A stretch of 47,984 nt of DNA from Eremomyces bilateralis CBS 781.70 (lineage: Eukaryota): the NCBI GenBank assembly GCA_010015585.1, contig ML975166.1, one strand, 5' to 3'. Made by a program: the position numbers and the translations under genes. The notes below the pieces were generated by a model. The model was not told the origin of the DNA and made no database searches. It saw only the letters and a program-made list of their open reading frames with translations. Shown piece after piece: positions 1 to 12,205 of the stretch. The first letter of the stretch is position 1. Each line of letters begins with the position of its first letter.

Positions 1-3000
1 TGCTTCGTGTTTTTGAAAGCTTACGACTTAGGCAAGCTGATATCAAGCTGCAGAAACAAGGACACGCCGGTTATTCTTAGAGCGGGGAATCTGTCTAGGC
101 GTACCCCATAGATTGATTCGAGATTCGAGAGCCCTTGGGGCTTGGTCATTGTCATGACCAGTTCATCACAGTTTCCTCTGCGGGCGGGAAAGCAAGGAGG
201 GCAATTGTGCATGCTGTATGATGGTAAATACCTGTATCAAGTATCAGTTGTTGGCCGATAAATCATAAAAGTCGCCGAATGAGTGGATAATCCTTACGAT
301 CCACCCTCTTAATATTGTGCTACAATTCAACATAAATTCTCAACCGCGGAAGTACAGATTCCGTGGGCTTAGTGTGCTCCGACGCTCCCTGAAAGACATC
401 TGACAGACGCGTCCAACGCGTCGAGCTTGATCATTATTATTATTAATGTCGTTTCAGGCACGGCGGGGTTGGGGACATGGCGCTGGCACCGGGCGGGATC
501 AGATCGGACATTCGCAACACGATGCCCTCCAAATTTCTGAAACCGACATGACTTGGAAGGCTCACCTCTTGTAGTGTCGCACTCCTAACGTGCTTGAGGA
601 GTATCATCTCACCAACAGCTCTGATTAGAGTTTCGAGGGGAGGCTAATTTCCTCGCTGAGGTCATGATTTTATGTAGAAGACGACAAGGCATTGAGTAGC
701 ACCGATTTACCGGATCCTTTGAATATTAAGCTCGAAGCCGCATATCCGTAATACATCGATATCGGGAAAAGGACATGTCATCTATAGATCAATGTCTGAC
801 AACAATTGATCTGGTCCTTGAGAGACCCGGATCATCGCACAAGTGCTGCGAAGGTGGCTAAGGTCGTCGATTTTATTACAGGTACTTGCACGTTTGACGA
901 GCACTGGTTCCAGAAATCGAAGCAGGCTCAGAGACACGGCATCCGGATATACCTATACAGGGACCTTATGTATGGCTTGCATGTAGCATACACAAAGACA
1001 CCGATGACAAGCAAGGGGGCCTCGGGACTTTCTGGATTTGTATTCTGGTAAGTTGCTTTGGGAAACATATATCCACCAGATCTCCAATCCTGAAACGTAC
1101 GGCACGCATTATGACATATCATCCGATGGCATCAGCCAAGGTGCTTGTGGAGTAAGCATGGTATTAACACGAATTGTGCATAAATGAGGACATGGAAGCT
1201 TTCGAATACGAAGGATATTTGGCACGGTTGGTTCGGAAATCCTGCTCGAACATCAATGGCTTTGAAACCCGAACAATGGAGACAGAGATTCTGTAAAGTT
1301 GAATATAGAGTGGCGGGAAACAGTGAAGAGTGAAGACCGATATCTGAAGATATCAATTCATTGGTCTGAGGCGTGCCAACTCACCGACGTCGGCAATATC
1401 CCATATTAATATCTCTCTCCTTGTGAAAGGACCATCCCACCCATTTCGAGTGTCATAGCACGTCAGCCACAATTGTTAACCATACCTACCTAGCCTACCT
1501 GCTAATCTAAAGGAAAAACGGGAAACCGCTTGGGTTAGGCAGACGCGCTCGATCGCGCTCAATGTCACGTCGCGTGTTGTTGAATGCATCGGACTTCCGT
1601 TCAAGTGTTCGCTGCTCAGGTTTTTCACTCCTGGTCCACCATCACCAGAGACCGGACTGTGCTGGGCGGTTACATGTGGAGAAAGCTAAATCATTCGTAT
1701 GGTGCATTTCCGGTCAGTATGGACCGCAACATCATGATGCATGAGAAGGATTAGCAAGCGTGCATACGCAAATGACTATTCGATTTAGCATCGGATTTCT
1801 GTCCATGACTTGAAGATGATGAAACTGTGAAGGCTGGGAAGACCGAAGAAGCTAGGACAGTGGTTCACCAATAATAGCATTATGAGACCACGATATGACC
1901 AAGGGCCCAGGTCAGATCGCTCCCCCATATTCCGTCGAGTCGGGATCATCTGGTAAAGGGGAACCCGGTTCCAATTCGCATGGGCCGGTACCGAAGTTTT
2001 GGGGGAGTTAAGCCTGGCCTTGGGGGGTGGTCATTGGGTGACACCCGTGTCCAAAAGTCTCCAAGCCCTGTTTGTCCTGTACAGCTGCATGCTGGCTGCA
2101 GGGCAAGGGTACAAAAGCAAGGTCTGGAGCTCATGCAGAGACGTGAGGTCGGGGAGAGGATTGGTTGGGGTCGGGGTTCACGAAATGCAGTGTTTATGTA
2201 GCTGCAGATCGGGTGTCATGGAGAGTTTGAGAATGCAGAGAGGTGAGGGCAAAATGGAGGGGCTGGGAGAAGTGTTGATCAACCATTCAGGCTCACATCC
2301 TCTCCAAATCTTCAAACCGAGTGATGTAAGTTGTTGCTGTTGTGGGGCACGGCAAGGGTCTTTCCATTGAGGGACTTCAAGCCGAAATCCCGTTGTGGCT
2401 CGTGGAATTATTGTGGGAGGAAAAGCTGCCGGATAGATTGAGAAAACGGTGTGAGCGAGATGGCCATTCATGGCGGCCAACGGTTGACGAATCGGTCGCC
2501 ACTCAGCACCATATCCGTGTAAACCAGCAAATGAGCCTCCACTGTTGCTGGTTTGTGTCGCGACTCGCGACGCGTTTCGGCTTGTCACCTTGTTCACGAC
2601 CTGCCAAAATCAATTTGCACAGCTGCTGACGGCACAAAGACGCGTTGAGACTTGAGAGCCGCCGAGCCTAAAAAGTAGAAACCATTGGCCTCCTCCACAT
2701 GGCATCATTTGCCCCATCTTCCGCCCGAAAACTGTACGTACCGTCAGCGCGAACAGCGGAAACGAGATATGGAGCTCCGGCCAGACGAGCAGCAAAGCCG
2801 TCTGGTAGTCAGTGGCACGACGTTGTTTCGTTCATCGTCCATGCTTTCCGTGACCTGCCAATTGCCCTGGACTACTGCTATGTGCGGGTTCCCAGGAGCA
2901 GATGGGTTATGGTTTAACAAGCGGGAGAACAGTTGAACGGCGGAGAAACCGTTGGCGGTGCCATTCCAGAATGGCCTGCATCCCGTCAGAGCTTCGGCTG

Positions 3001-4609
3001 TCGTGGAATCGAAGCAAACAAACGGGTGTTCTTTCCTAGTCCCTTTAACCTGTAACAGTAGTATTCCGGACACGTACACAGGACTTTGGTAGACAGTCGA
3101 CTCCGTCACTACGCGGTGGGGCTTTGCAAGGACATAACTTGAAGGATTGAGCATAGGTGGGCTCATATGACGATGATTGAATTCCGGTGTAATAACGCTA
3201 TCGTCGAATTTTGACCGTCTCAACAGCAACCTCTCTAAGCCGAACAAACTAGAGAAGAAACCATCCACCAAGCGGCCGAGACTCGGTATACCCTCTGGGC
3301 TCTGGTGGTCTGAATCCCGATACCTCCGTATTATTCTCATAACTATCTTCACAAGAGGAGTGCAGGGCATCCTGTCACTTTGTCGCTCCTTTTGACAAGT
3401 TGGTATGCCAGTGTGCCACAGAATAACGCCACAAGAACCAGGTTTCGGTCAGAATCCAGAAAAGATCCGCAGCCACGGATGGTAAATGGGCAAAATGGAG
3501 AGAAAAAGGATAAGGCTGGTCCTGTTGTTTCTTGTGGGGGTTACAGGCTGGTAGTAATAAATAATGAATACATACATTAATACCTCCAGTGAGTCCAGTA
3601 CGAAGTCGCCAGTAGTACACAGCCATCGTGGGTTCGTGCTCGGCGTACCGCGTTCTTGCCCAAAACTCGACCAGGCATGAGACAGGGAAGTCGCGTTTGG
3701 TTCTACCAGGACAGGCAGGAACCGGCTGGGTGCTGGCAGGCGCTTTTGTTCCTGCCACTCCGCTGCACTCAATCCATCCGATGCGTCAGAACTGCTAATA
3801 TGAACGGTAAACTATGAGAGTTATCGAGGATTCCCATACCTGCAGTCCGGCACCAGACCGACCAGAAGAACGCTACGATACACAGTACGGAGGTCGGGAG
3901 GTCGGCTCAAAGGACGGAATACTATCCGTGTCAAGCGTGTCTATCGCCAATCATTGGCGTAATGGCCTCCTCTTCTCCAGCCCTGCTCCTAGTCGAACAA
4001 TATTACGATACGTCAAGTCGTCAACTAGCAGCGATGGTCGTTGGTCGAGTGGCCAACACGCTATCGGTGCTTTTCTGGACCTCCGAGCAGCCCGGCAGCC
4101 ATCGTAATTCATCTGGCCCCCATTGGCCTTGGATCTTGTAACTTTGTACTAACCTGTAACCTCCAGGCCTTGCCATGGCGTGAAATCGATCCACCACTGA
4201 CCATTCAACTTCCTTGCACCACAGACCTGCCAAGCACGAGTGCCAGGCTTGCCTGCTCTCATGCTTTGCCTGCCTTGCCAGCTGGGAGCTGCGGAGTGCG
4301 GAGCTATCGCTACCGCTATCCGCCCACGCGAGATGCGTACAGGTTTCCGATACGGGGCTGTTCCTGGTCTACATAATACCTCTAGCAGCTTTCGCCTAAG
4401 AGAATTCACCTAAGGGAACTTGCTTTTGTTAGGGCCCTAACTTAGGGAAGTTTAGTTGTGGGTGCTTTTGGCTGATGACCAGCTGCACGGCTGCAGAGTG
4501 CAGACTCCCATGGATAATGGATGCACGCAAGAAGCGTGAGAGCGAGGCCCACTGACCAACCAGTGAACTCTCACGCTCGTGTGTGAAGGAGAGCCGTGCA
4601 TCCGCGTCA

Positions 4610-4975
4610 GGACCTCTTTTCTTCCTGACCTCTCCCTCCATTCTCCTTGGACCTTTTCTATCCATCTCCATCTCATCCTCCCATTCCCTCATCACCAATC
4701 CTTTTCCCTTTCCTTTCCTTTCTTCTTTCCTCCTCCTCTCTCTCTCCTCCATGTACGGTCGAGCTTCGAGAAACTTGTTAGAGTAGAAAGCATCGCTGGT
4801 CCCTCTGTATCGGCCTTGTCCTTCAGCTCTCTCAAGTCCTTCTCCTGCTCTCTCGGTCGTCTTCCGTCGATCCGTCTCGCCGTACTGTCCTGTCACTATC
4901 CTCACGGGTCCTCCTCCCCGAACTCCTTCTCCTCGACCTCTCCTCCCTTATACGGATCACCTCCCCGTCGGAACA
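4610..4975 (+). promoter_or_regulatory. Pyrimidine-rich (CT) tract, probable core promoter/TSS region of the cyclin gene
   Basis: Long, almost purine-free CT stretch of the kind typical at fungal TSSs, followed by splice-like signals leading to ATG 6455. Function is inferred. Confidence 0.45.
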
Positions 4976-6454
4976 CTCATCCATGAGCTAATACGGCCGA
5001 TCTGTATCCTTTCGTCCAGTTCGTATCCTGCCGATTCGGAACGTGGATCCAACAAACGACGAGTGTATAGTCCTTTCTTGCTTGAATAGCAATTGATTTG
5101 ATTGTTCTGTTTGGAAGGATTGCGTGGGATAAGCTTTTGTGTTTCAATTGGTACGTGGAGAGTCTCTTTTCGCTGTCCGGTCAAGCCCCCTTCGGTCTGC
5201 ATGCATGTGTTGGATCCTGTGGAATCGACTAGCCTCCTTGCCCGAACATTCACTCGACGACGTTTTCGTTTGATGATGAGGGTGGTCGGTAATGCCGGGT
5301 TGAGGTTCGATGCAGATTCATACTTGAATCATGGGACAACCAAGCAATATTCTCCTGCTAGACCGACCGCCACCTTTATTTCACTCAATTCCAACGAAAC
5401 CACTTCGAGGCACTGGAGCAGCAGAATCGGATTGAATCGGTTTCGAGGTCCAATTTCCGTTCACCCCATCCTATCCCTCTCGACCTACTCTGTGGAATGC
5501 TCCTCCATTACAAGCAATCTAGGGATCCCGTCCAATACCCCACACTGCACACAATAGGGGTTCAATTCGGTTTCTCATATTTCAGATCTTGTGCATTAAT
5601 TCAATGCATTTCCAACTCGGCTTCATTCCTCACTCGGCTGTGCTCGTGCCAGGCGATGGACGTGTCTTCCATGCTGGCCATCAAGACCTTGACATTCGAT
5701 TCACAGGGTACAGTATCAGGATGCTAACACTAGCTGTGCGTTCTAGTTTCTTCCTTGCCTTGTTAGGTGTAGATACAGATATCCCTGTGTCATTTTCAAA
5801 ACAAGGGAAACGACTTCGGTATGTTGCAACATCTATCCCAAATCCTCGCCATTTTATGTATTGGTCCTCCTTACTTGGACCACGATCTGCATCCCTTCGA
5901 GAATTTCGGCTCATTCCCCGCGATTTAGTTCCCCGTTCCTATTGTTGAACCCGAGGATCGACTTGCAGAACACGTTCGGTCGTGTCTTCTGCCTGCCAGG
6001 TTTCGGAATCCGCCGTCTCATCTGGAGAGATCTGGACCGTTAAAGCATTCTTCTGGATTGCCATTCTGAATGCCCCTTGCAACAAATATTGGGATCGAAT
6101 CCAACCAAAAGTTTTCTCTCCTCTTTTCTAGTGTAATTGAGTAATTGCCAAGGTATGGACCCAACATTCTACCTCACGTGTCACCATGGCTAACGGTTGC
6201 TGCTCTTCAGTTGACATTTGAATCAATTTGCCTGCACCTCCATTCGGTGCAGTAAGCTGCTTCACTGTCCCTTTCAATTGTTTATCCTCTCTTTAATTCG
6301 GTCTTTACCACGCCCACTACTCGGGGCATCCACTCCCTTTAATCCAGGTCTTGCCGTGACCTGCCGTTCTTTTTTTCTTTTAGCTTTATTTCCCTGTCTG
6401 TCCAGGTGTTAGACGTCCCCTCCTTCTATCACATCGGAAGATATCACACCCACG

Positions 6455-7779
6455 ATGCCTTTCCGACAAAGTTCATACGGCCAATATGTCCCATGTGACA
6501 GCTTTTTCGTTGAGTCAGACGAAGATGCTCTCTATGCCGCTCGAGAGCAGCAGCGACGGCGTACGAGGGCTATCGCCGAGATGCAGCAACGAACCATGGG
6601 ACAGGAATTGTCGAAACTTACAGCTGAGGAGTACCAAGATGATGTTCTCGCCCACATGGTACAGATGGAGGTTAGTCATTGTCTGATTCGTTCCATCGCT
6701 CTCGCTAATGTGTTCAGTCGGCGACTATGCCTGATGTTAGCTCCATCGATATTCAGACCGAAATTCAATGGTACATGCGTCCATACCTCCTCGACTTCCT
6801 CGTCGAAGCACATGCTGCATTCCAGCTCCTCCCCGAAACCCTCTTCCTGACCGTCAATCTTCTCGACCGCTACTGCTCGAAGCGAGTGGTCTATAAGCGC
6901 CATTATCAACTGGTCGGATGTGCGGCTCTGCTTATCGCAGCAAAGTATGGTGACCGGAAGGAACATGTCCCGACCATTAAGGAACTTCGGTCCATGTGTT
7001 GTTCATTGTATGACGAGGATATGTTCATCCAGATGGAATGGCATGTTCTTCAGACCCTGAACTGGATGGTGGGCCATTCCACGGTGGACTCCTTCGTCCA
7101 GATTGCTATGTCCTCGTCGACTCCAGATCCCGAAGTGGAGCATATGACGCTCTACATTGCCGAAGTTGCACTGTTCCACCGCGACTTCGTGTCGGTGACC
7201 CCATCGGTCCTTGCTCGATCCTCCATGGCCATTGCTCGGCATATCCTATCCCGTCCGCAGGCATCGCCTTCGGACTGGGCTGGAATGTACGACCACAGCA
7301 CAGTCATGAACCTGTCCCACTGCCTTTACCAACCATCGCAGGTGCTTGTCCGCAAATACTCGTCAAACCAGTTATCTGGTGTAGCAAGCACAGTGGAAGA
7401 CTTCTTACAGCAGCAACTCGCTTTGAGCCAGAGGAACGCAGCGGTCGCTCCAGTCGAGGTCACCGTCACCCACGAGGAACACCGTGTCGCTCCACAGGTT
7501 GGTACCCAGGTCCCCCAGACCCCCCAGAAGACAATGTATGCCGGATCTGTCATGGCAAATGGCTGCATTACCCCGCCGATCACACCCGATGGCGATCAGT
7601 ACGTCTCAGCGGTTTATGAAAAAGATGCCGCCATACCAGCGCCGCAATTCTATACGCCTTCCCCGTCGCCTGTACATGACCATCAGCGTCAGGACTTACG
7701 GCCACATTCTCGAATTCCAAATTACTTCGGTGCCTCCAATCCTTCACACTCGCACATGTCATCGTCATGGGGCTCATGA
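6455..7779 (+). CDS. G1/S-specific cyclin (Cln/Ccn1/Puc1-like), 2 coding exons
   Basis: ORF 6455 joins ORF 6727 through a phase-0 intron at 6671-6717 (GTTAGT..GCTAAT..CAG). Cyclin box MRPYLLDFLVEAH...LFLTVNLLDRYCSKR...LVGCAALLIAAKY; Pro/Thr/Ser-rich C-terminal tail. Confidence 0.93.
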
Positions 7780-9081
7780 ATGCGCATGCACTTGTTCGGT
7801 CATTATCCCGGTGCCGGCCACTGCACCTTTTCGCCTCCAAACCTTTATACTCGATACTAGCGGTCATAGCGTTGCTTTCTCTGCATTTCGAGCGTTGCCT
7901 TTATCGTCCTGTGCAATAAAATATCCCTTCGCAAGCGAGTTTCGATCCTTTCATTCGACACTAGGAAAATGGGAAAGAGGATGGAACAGAATGGAATAAA
8001 ATGCATCGACACGCGTTGTCGGAAGCGAAGAGCCAGAAGCTGGCAGTACGGAGGGTGTAGACGGATCATGGACACCAAAATTGTCAGCCACGTGGATGGA
8101 ATAAAATAGGAGTAATTCCTTGGGGGATCTCGTTTCGATTGTCGTCCTTTCTTCGGCCGGGTCAGGGAGTCGCAGGGTCCAACTCCATACACCGCGCTAC
8201 ATGCGACATCGTACCGGCTTCATATACCCCGCCGCGATACCAAACCAAATGCAAAAACATTTCACCTACACATGGAGTCCTCTTCCACCACCCGGCAACA
8301 CCTATTCTGAGTATCCCTTCATGCGTTTCCTGTTACAAACCGAACTGTCTTGATAGTGTTGCGGGAGGTGGAAAGAAGTTATCTTCAGTGCGATCGGCAG
8401 GCAAGCCGCATAATTAGGGGAAATGTATGGTAGTGGTTATGTACTATGAAGCCTCCCTCGTAACTTACAGGTGTCAATGAGGTTCCAATGTTCGCATCGG
8501 ATTTGAGAAGCAAGAAGCAGTGACTTCATAATATTTTTGCCTGCTCCCTATGACTTTCTGGTGTTCAGCAGCTTTCCACTGATCCCTGATCACACTTCCG
8601 CTTATACCGTACACGCGCCACATCCATTTCCTATACCTGTGAGAACTCTAGGCCCCTAGAAGCTTGACCACGACAGGAGGCTGAACAATTATGTGTTCTA
8701 CCGTGACGGTCACATTGCAAGAAATCTCAGCTCCTACCGATATGGATCATGATAGGTAAGTTACACCCCGTCGATGTCTTAGATGCATCAGCAACCGAAA
8801 GCTCGATATCCAGTTTCGGGGCTGGTTCAGTTCCTTATCGCCGTTTCCTAGAATGGGAATACTAGTACGGTAGGGCGGTAGAGACCTACCTTACCAGTGT
8901 TTGACTTGATTTCTCCTTCCTTCCCTTCACGAACATACTAATCCTAGATTTCTAATGCTTCTTTTGTTGTCGTTGTGTAGAATCACTTGTCACCAATTAC
9001 TGTTCATTGAGTTGTTCTGCCTTCAGCCTGACCTCGTCAAAAGCAGTTGATTGATCATAGTTCTCACCGGATCCGCTCAGG

Positions 9082-11038
9082 ATGAAGTACGGGAGTTTCG
9101 TCATTTTAGCGCTCCATTGCTTAATAGCATGGCTGGCACATGCCTGGTCAAAACAAGAAGCGTCGGATCCCGGTACCGGTAGTCATCTCACCGGTCAGTT
9201 TCTCGCCTATACTCGTGGATATATCCCTGATAACGCCGATCCCAAGCAGTGAAAGGAACCCCTTTCCCAAGTCTCATCGATGTAACCATTGATGACCTAC
9301 AGAACGGTTTACAAAGCGAGCTTTTTACGAGTGTCGACCTTGTCAAGGTGAGATGTGGCAAAGAACTTACTGCAAGAGCATGGATCTAACTGAATCAAGG
9401 CGTATATTGCAAGGACACTTCTGGCCAATGTTACGCTCAATGTCATCACCGAGCTCAATCCGGATGCCTTACAGATTGCTGCTGCGCTAGATGCGGAGAG
9501 AGCTGTTGGTATGACGAGAGGACCTCTCCATGGCGTGCCAATTTTCATCAAGAACACCATTGCAACGGCCGACAAAATGAATAACACAGGTACCACTCTC
9601 TTGGCTGGATGGATGAAACTTAATTGACCCCGATACAGCTGGATCGTACGCTCTCCTTGGAGCAACGGTCCCACGTGATGCTACCGTTGCTGCGAAGCTT
9701 CGTGAAGCCGGAGCTATCATTCTCGGCAAAGCGAATATGTCCCAGTGGTCCAGTTTCCGCTCCGGCAACTCCAACGATGGTTGGAGCGCTCATGGTGGAC
9801 AAGTCTATGGCGCGTACTATCCTATGCAAACCCCGAGCGGAAGCTCGAGCGGTAGTGGTGTCGCTACATCACTCGGACTCGGATTCGCAAGCCTAGGAGC
9901 CGAAACCGATGGCTCGATTGTTTCTCCGTCGCAGAGGAACGGCGTAGTTGGGATCAAGCCGACTGTCGGATTGACATCGCGCCATTTGATAATCCCGATC
10001 AGTGAACATCAGGACACTGTCGGTCCGATGGCACGGACTGTGAAAGACGCTGCATATATCCTCCAAGTAGGTTGTCTTCCTCGTAGTCGGTGTTGTCACA
10101 AGGGCCTCTCCATTGACAACCATCGAGGCAATTGCTGGCCCCGACCCACGCGACAACTACACCTCTGGCATCCCTAACGACGGCAAAATCCCAGATTACG
10201 TGGCTGCGTGCAAACTCAGCGCCTTCCGTGGCACTCGCATCGGCGTCCCTCGAAACTTGATCCAACTCGGCATGAATCCAGATTCGGCCGTCGAAGTGCT
10301 GGAATTCAACACCGCGGTCTCGACAATCCGCGAACTGGGCGCAACCGTTATCGAGAATGCCAAATACGCCGGAATCAGAGGCTGGTCCGAGTCGGACGCC
10401 GAGCGGATCGTTCTAGGTGCGGATTTCATAAGCAATCTCGCCACGTATCTTTCGGAATTGACGTTTAATCCAACTGGAGTGAGGGATATCATCAGCCTGC
10501 GGGAGTTCACACGGACTTTCGCGGCGGAGATGTATCCTAGTCGTGACACTAGCAGGTGGGATGAATTGATAGAGAAGTACGGCTTCAACAACACTGATCC
10601 GCGCTTTTGGACTGCATATAAAGAAGGTGTACACCTTGGTGGTGACGGTGGGCATCTTGGTGCATTGCAGAGATTTAACCTTGATGCCATTGTTATACCT
10701 ACGAAGCTCGCCAACGGCTTTCCAGCCGTAGTCGGTAGCCCGGTCGTCACCGTACCCCTTGGTTTCTACCCGCCATTGCACCCAGTGAGGTTTAACAAGA
10801 AAGGGAACCTTGTGGCGACAGGGCCGAACATTCCTTTTGGCATTTCCTTTCTTGGACGAAAGTGGGATGAGGCGAAGTTGATTGGAATGGCCTATGCGTT
10901 CGAGCAGGTGAGTCCACTTTCGGGATGCCGACGGTGGTAGATAGTTACTGATAGACAGAATAGAAAACGATGACGAGGAATAAAGTACGGCCGTATTTTG
11001 TGCCGAATATCGAGCTGGGCGATATCGTTGGCCACTGA
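9082..11038 (+). CDS. Secreted amidase-signature family protein, 6 exons
   Basis: Signal-peptide-like N-terminus (MKYGSFVILALHCLIAWLAHA). Introns 9194-9246/9249, 9348-9399, 9590-9638, 10067-10127 and 10908-10963 restore one frame. Motifs RGPLHGVPIFIKN, GSSSGSGVA, GAETDGSIVSP, GIKPTVGLTSR, QDTVGPMARTV. Confidence 0.9.
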
Positions 11039-11388
11039 TGGGACTCTGTCTGAATAACTACAATGTTAGGGTCAAAGAAATCCTGGTTGTGGCTATCAAT
11101 ACACAGCATATAACGAACATATATCTCAATAAATGACAGCTTCTCAGTCAGATTACACTCACCGCTAGATAAGTCGAGGCTTCTGCAACATTACCTCTCG
11201 TGCTCCTAGAACTTTAGGTAATATTTCTTGGGTCGGCTCTCATCACCTCCCTAGTCCGTGCGTTCCTGAACTCCCTGGAGTATGCCGGGTCTGAGTATAC
11301 AGAATCATCCTTCAGTCACGCTGGTAGCACTGTTCCGACTCGCTGTTAAGGGAGGGAATCGTGGGTCATCTTCTGATAGCTCTGCGTT

Positions 11389-11703
11389 TCAGTGTTCAAG
11401 TGCTAAGGCCAGTAGGTTCCGACGGAAAACTTGGCGTGAGATGTTCATGCCCACAAATTTGGTGAGCTTTTTCATTCCTAGTTGTACGAAGATATGCTGA
11501 CCTTTAAGAGTTCCACTGATGACCCAACCTCCCGGAAGCGTCTTTGCAACTCTTCCAACGGCAGCCTCTTGGAACCCTCTTCCTACAGAACTAGGAGAGA
11601 GCATGGAAATGCAGAAACTTATTTCGTCGTCAAATTCCCCTGAATTTATTTCGAGGAGCCGGATCTCGTCATGTTTCAGTGTTGTGTACTGATAAAGAGG
11701 CAT
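11389..11703 (-). pseudogene. Truncated HET (heterokaryon incompatibility) domain gene relic
   Basis: MPLYQYTTLKHDEIRLLEINSGEFDDEISFCI resembles the typical N-terminal strand of HET-domain proteins. The ORF stops after ~105 codons and I see no YEALSYxWG or WIDAICI core. Confidence 0.5.
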
Positions 11704-12205
11704 CAAAAGGACATGCGAGTATTAAAAGTCAATGGACTTGGATAGGGAAGGATGGACACAAAAGCACGGATACATCTAAACTTGTGGAATATATTGAAGG
11801 CACATAAACAAAGAAAGGAGGAATATCTGTTAAAACCACTATAACGACTGGTGCAAGGCGTTGGGATGGGAGGCTGGTGACATGCACGGCTAACGGTCCC
11901 GCCAACACAGGATTGCCTGGCACTGGGCCTTATTTCGTGCCGCTTCCAGCTTTGCCCGCTTTTTAGTACTCGTGTTCCAAAACTGCTCGCTCGATGAAAA
12001 AGAACGGCGAAAACAGAATGGTTCATACGGTTCAACTTTGATTGTGGGCGGTCAAGCCACATCTACGGATCGGCATGGGTAGCCAGAAAAAGGACACTGG
12101 AGCTACCTTCTTCAGGAGAAACAGTTGTGATTGGGTAAGAGAAGCTCATCGTCGTCTGTATAGGATACCCGTATGCCTTCATGCCCACCCAAGCAAAAGT
12201 CGACC

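Noticed and set aside
2744..3370. 208-aa minus-strand ORF and other ORFs in 1-4500
   Set aside because: No recognisable domain, codon bias or coherent splice structure; a decayed gene cannot be excluded without a search.
4429..4986. Overlapping ORFs on both strands over the CT-rich tract
   Set aside because: Low-complexity translations of a pyrimidine/purine-biased promoter region.
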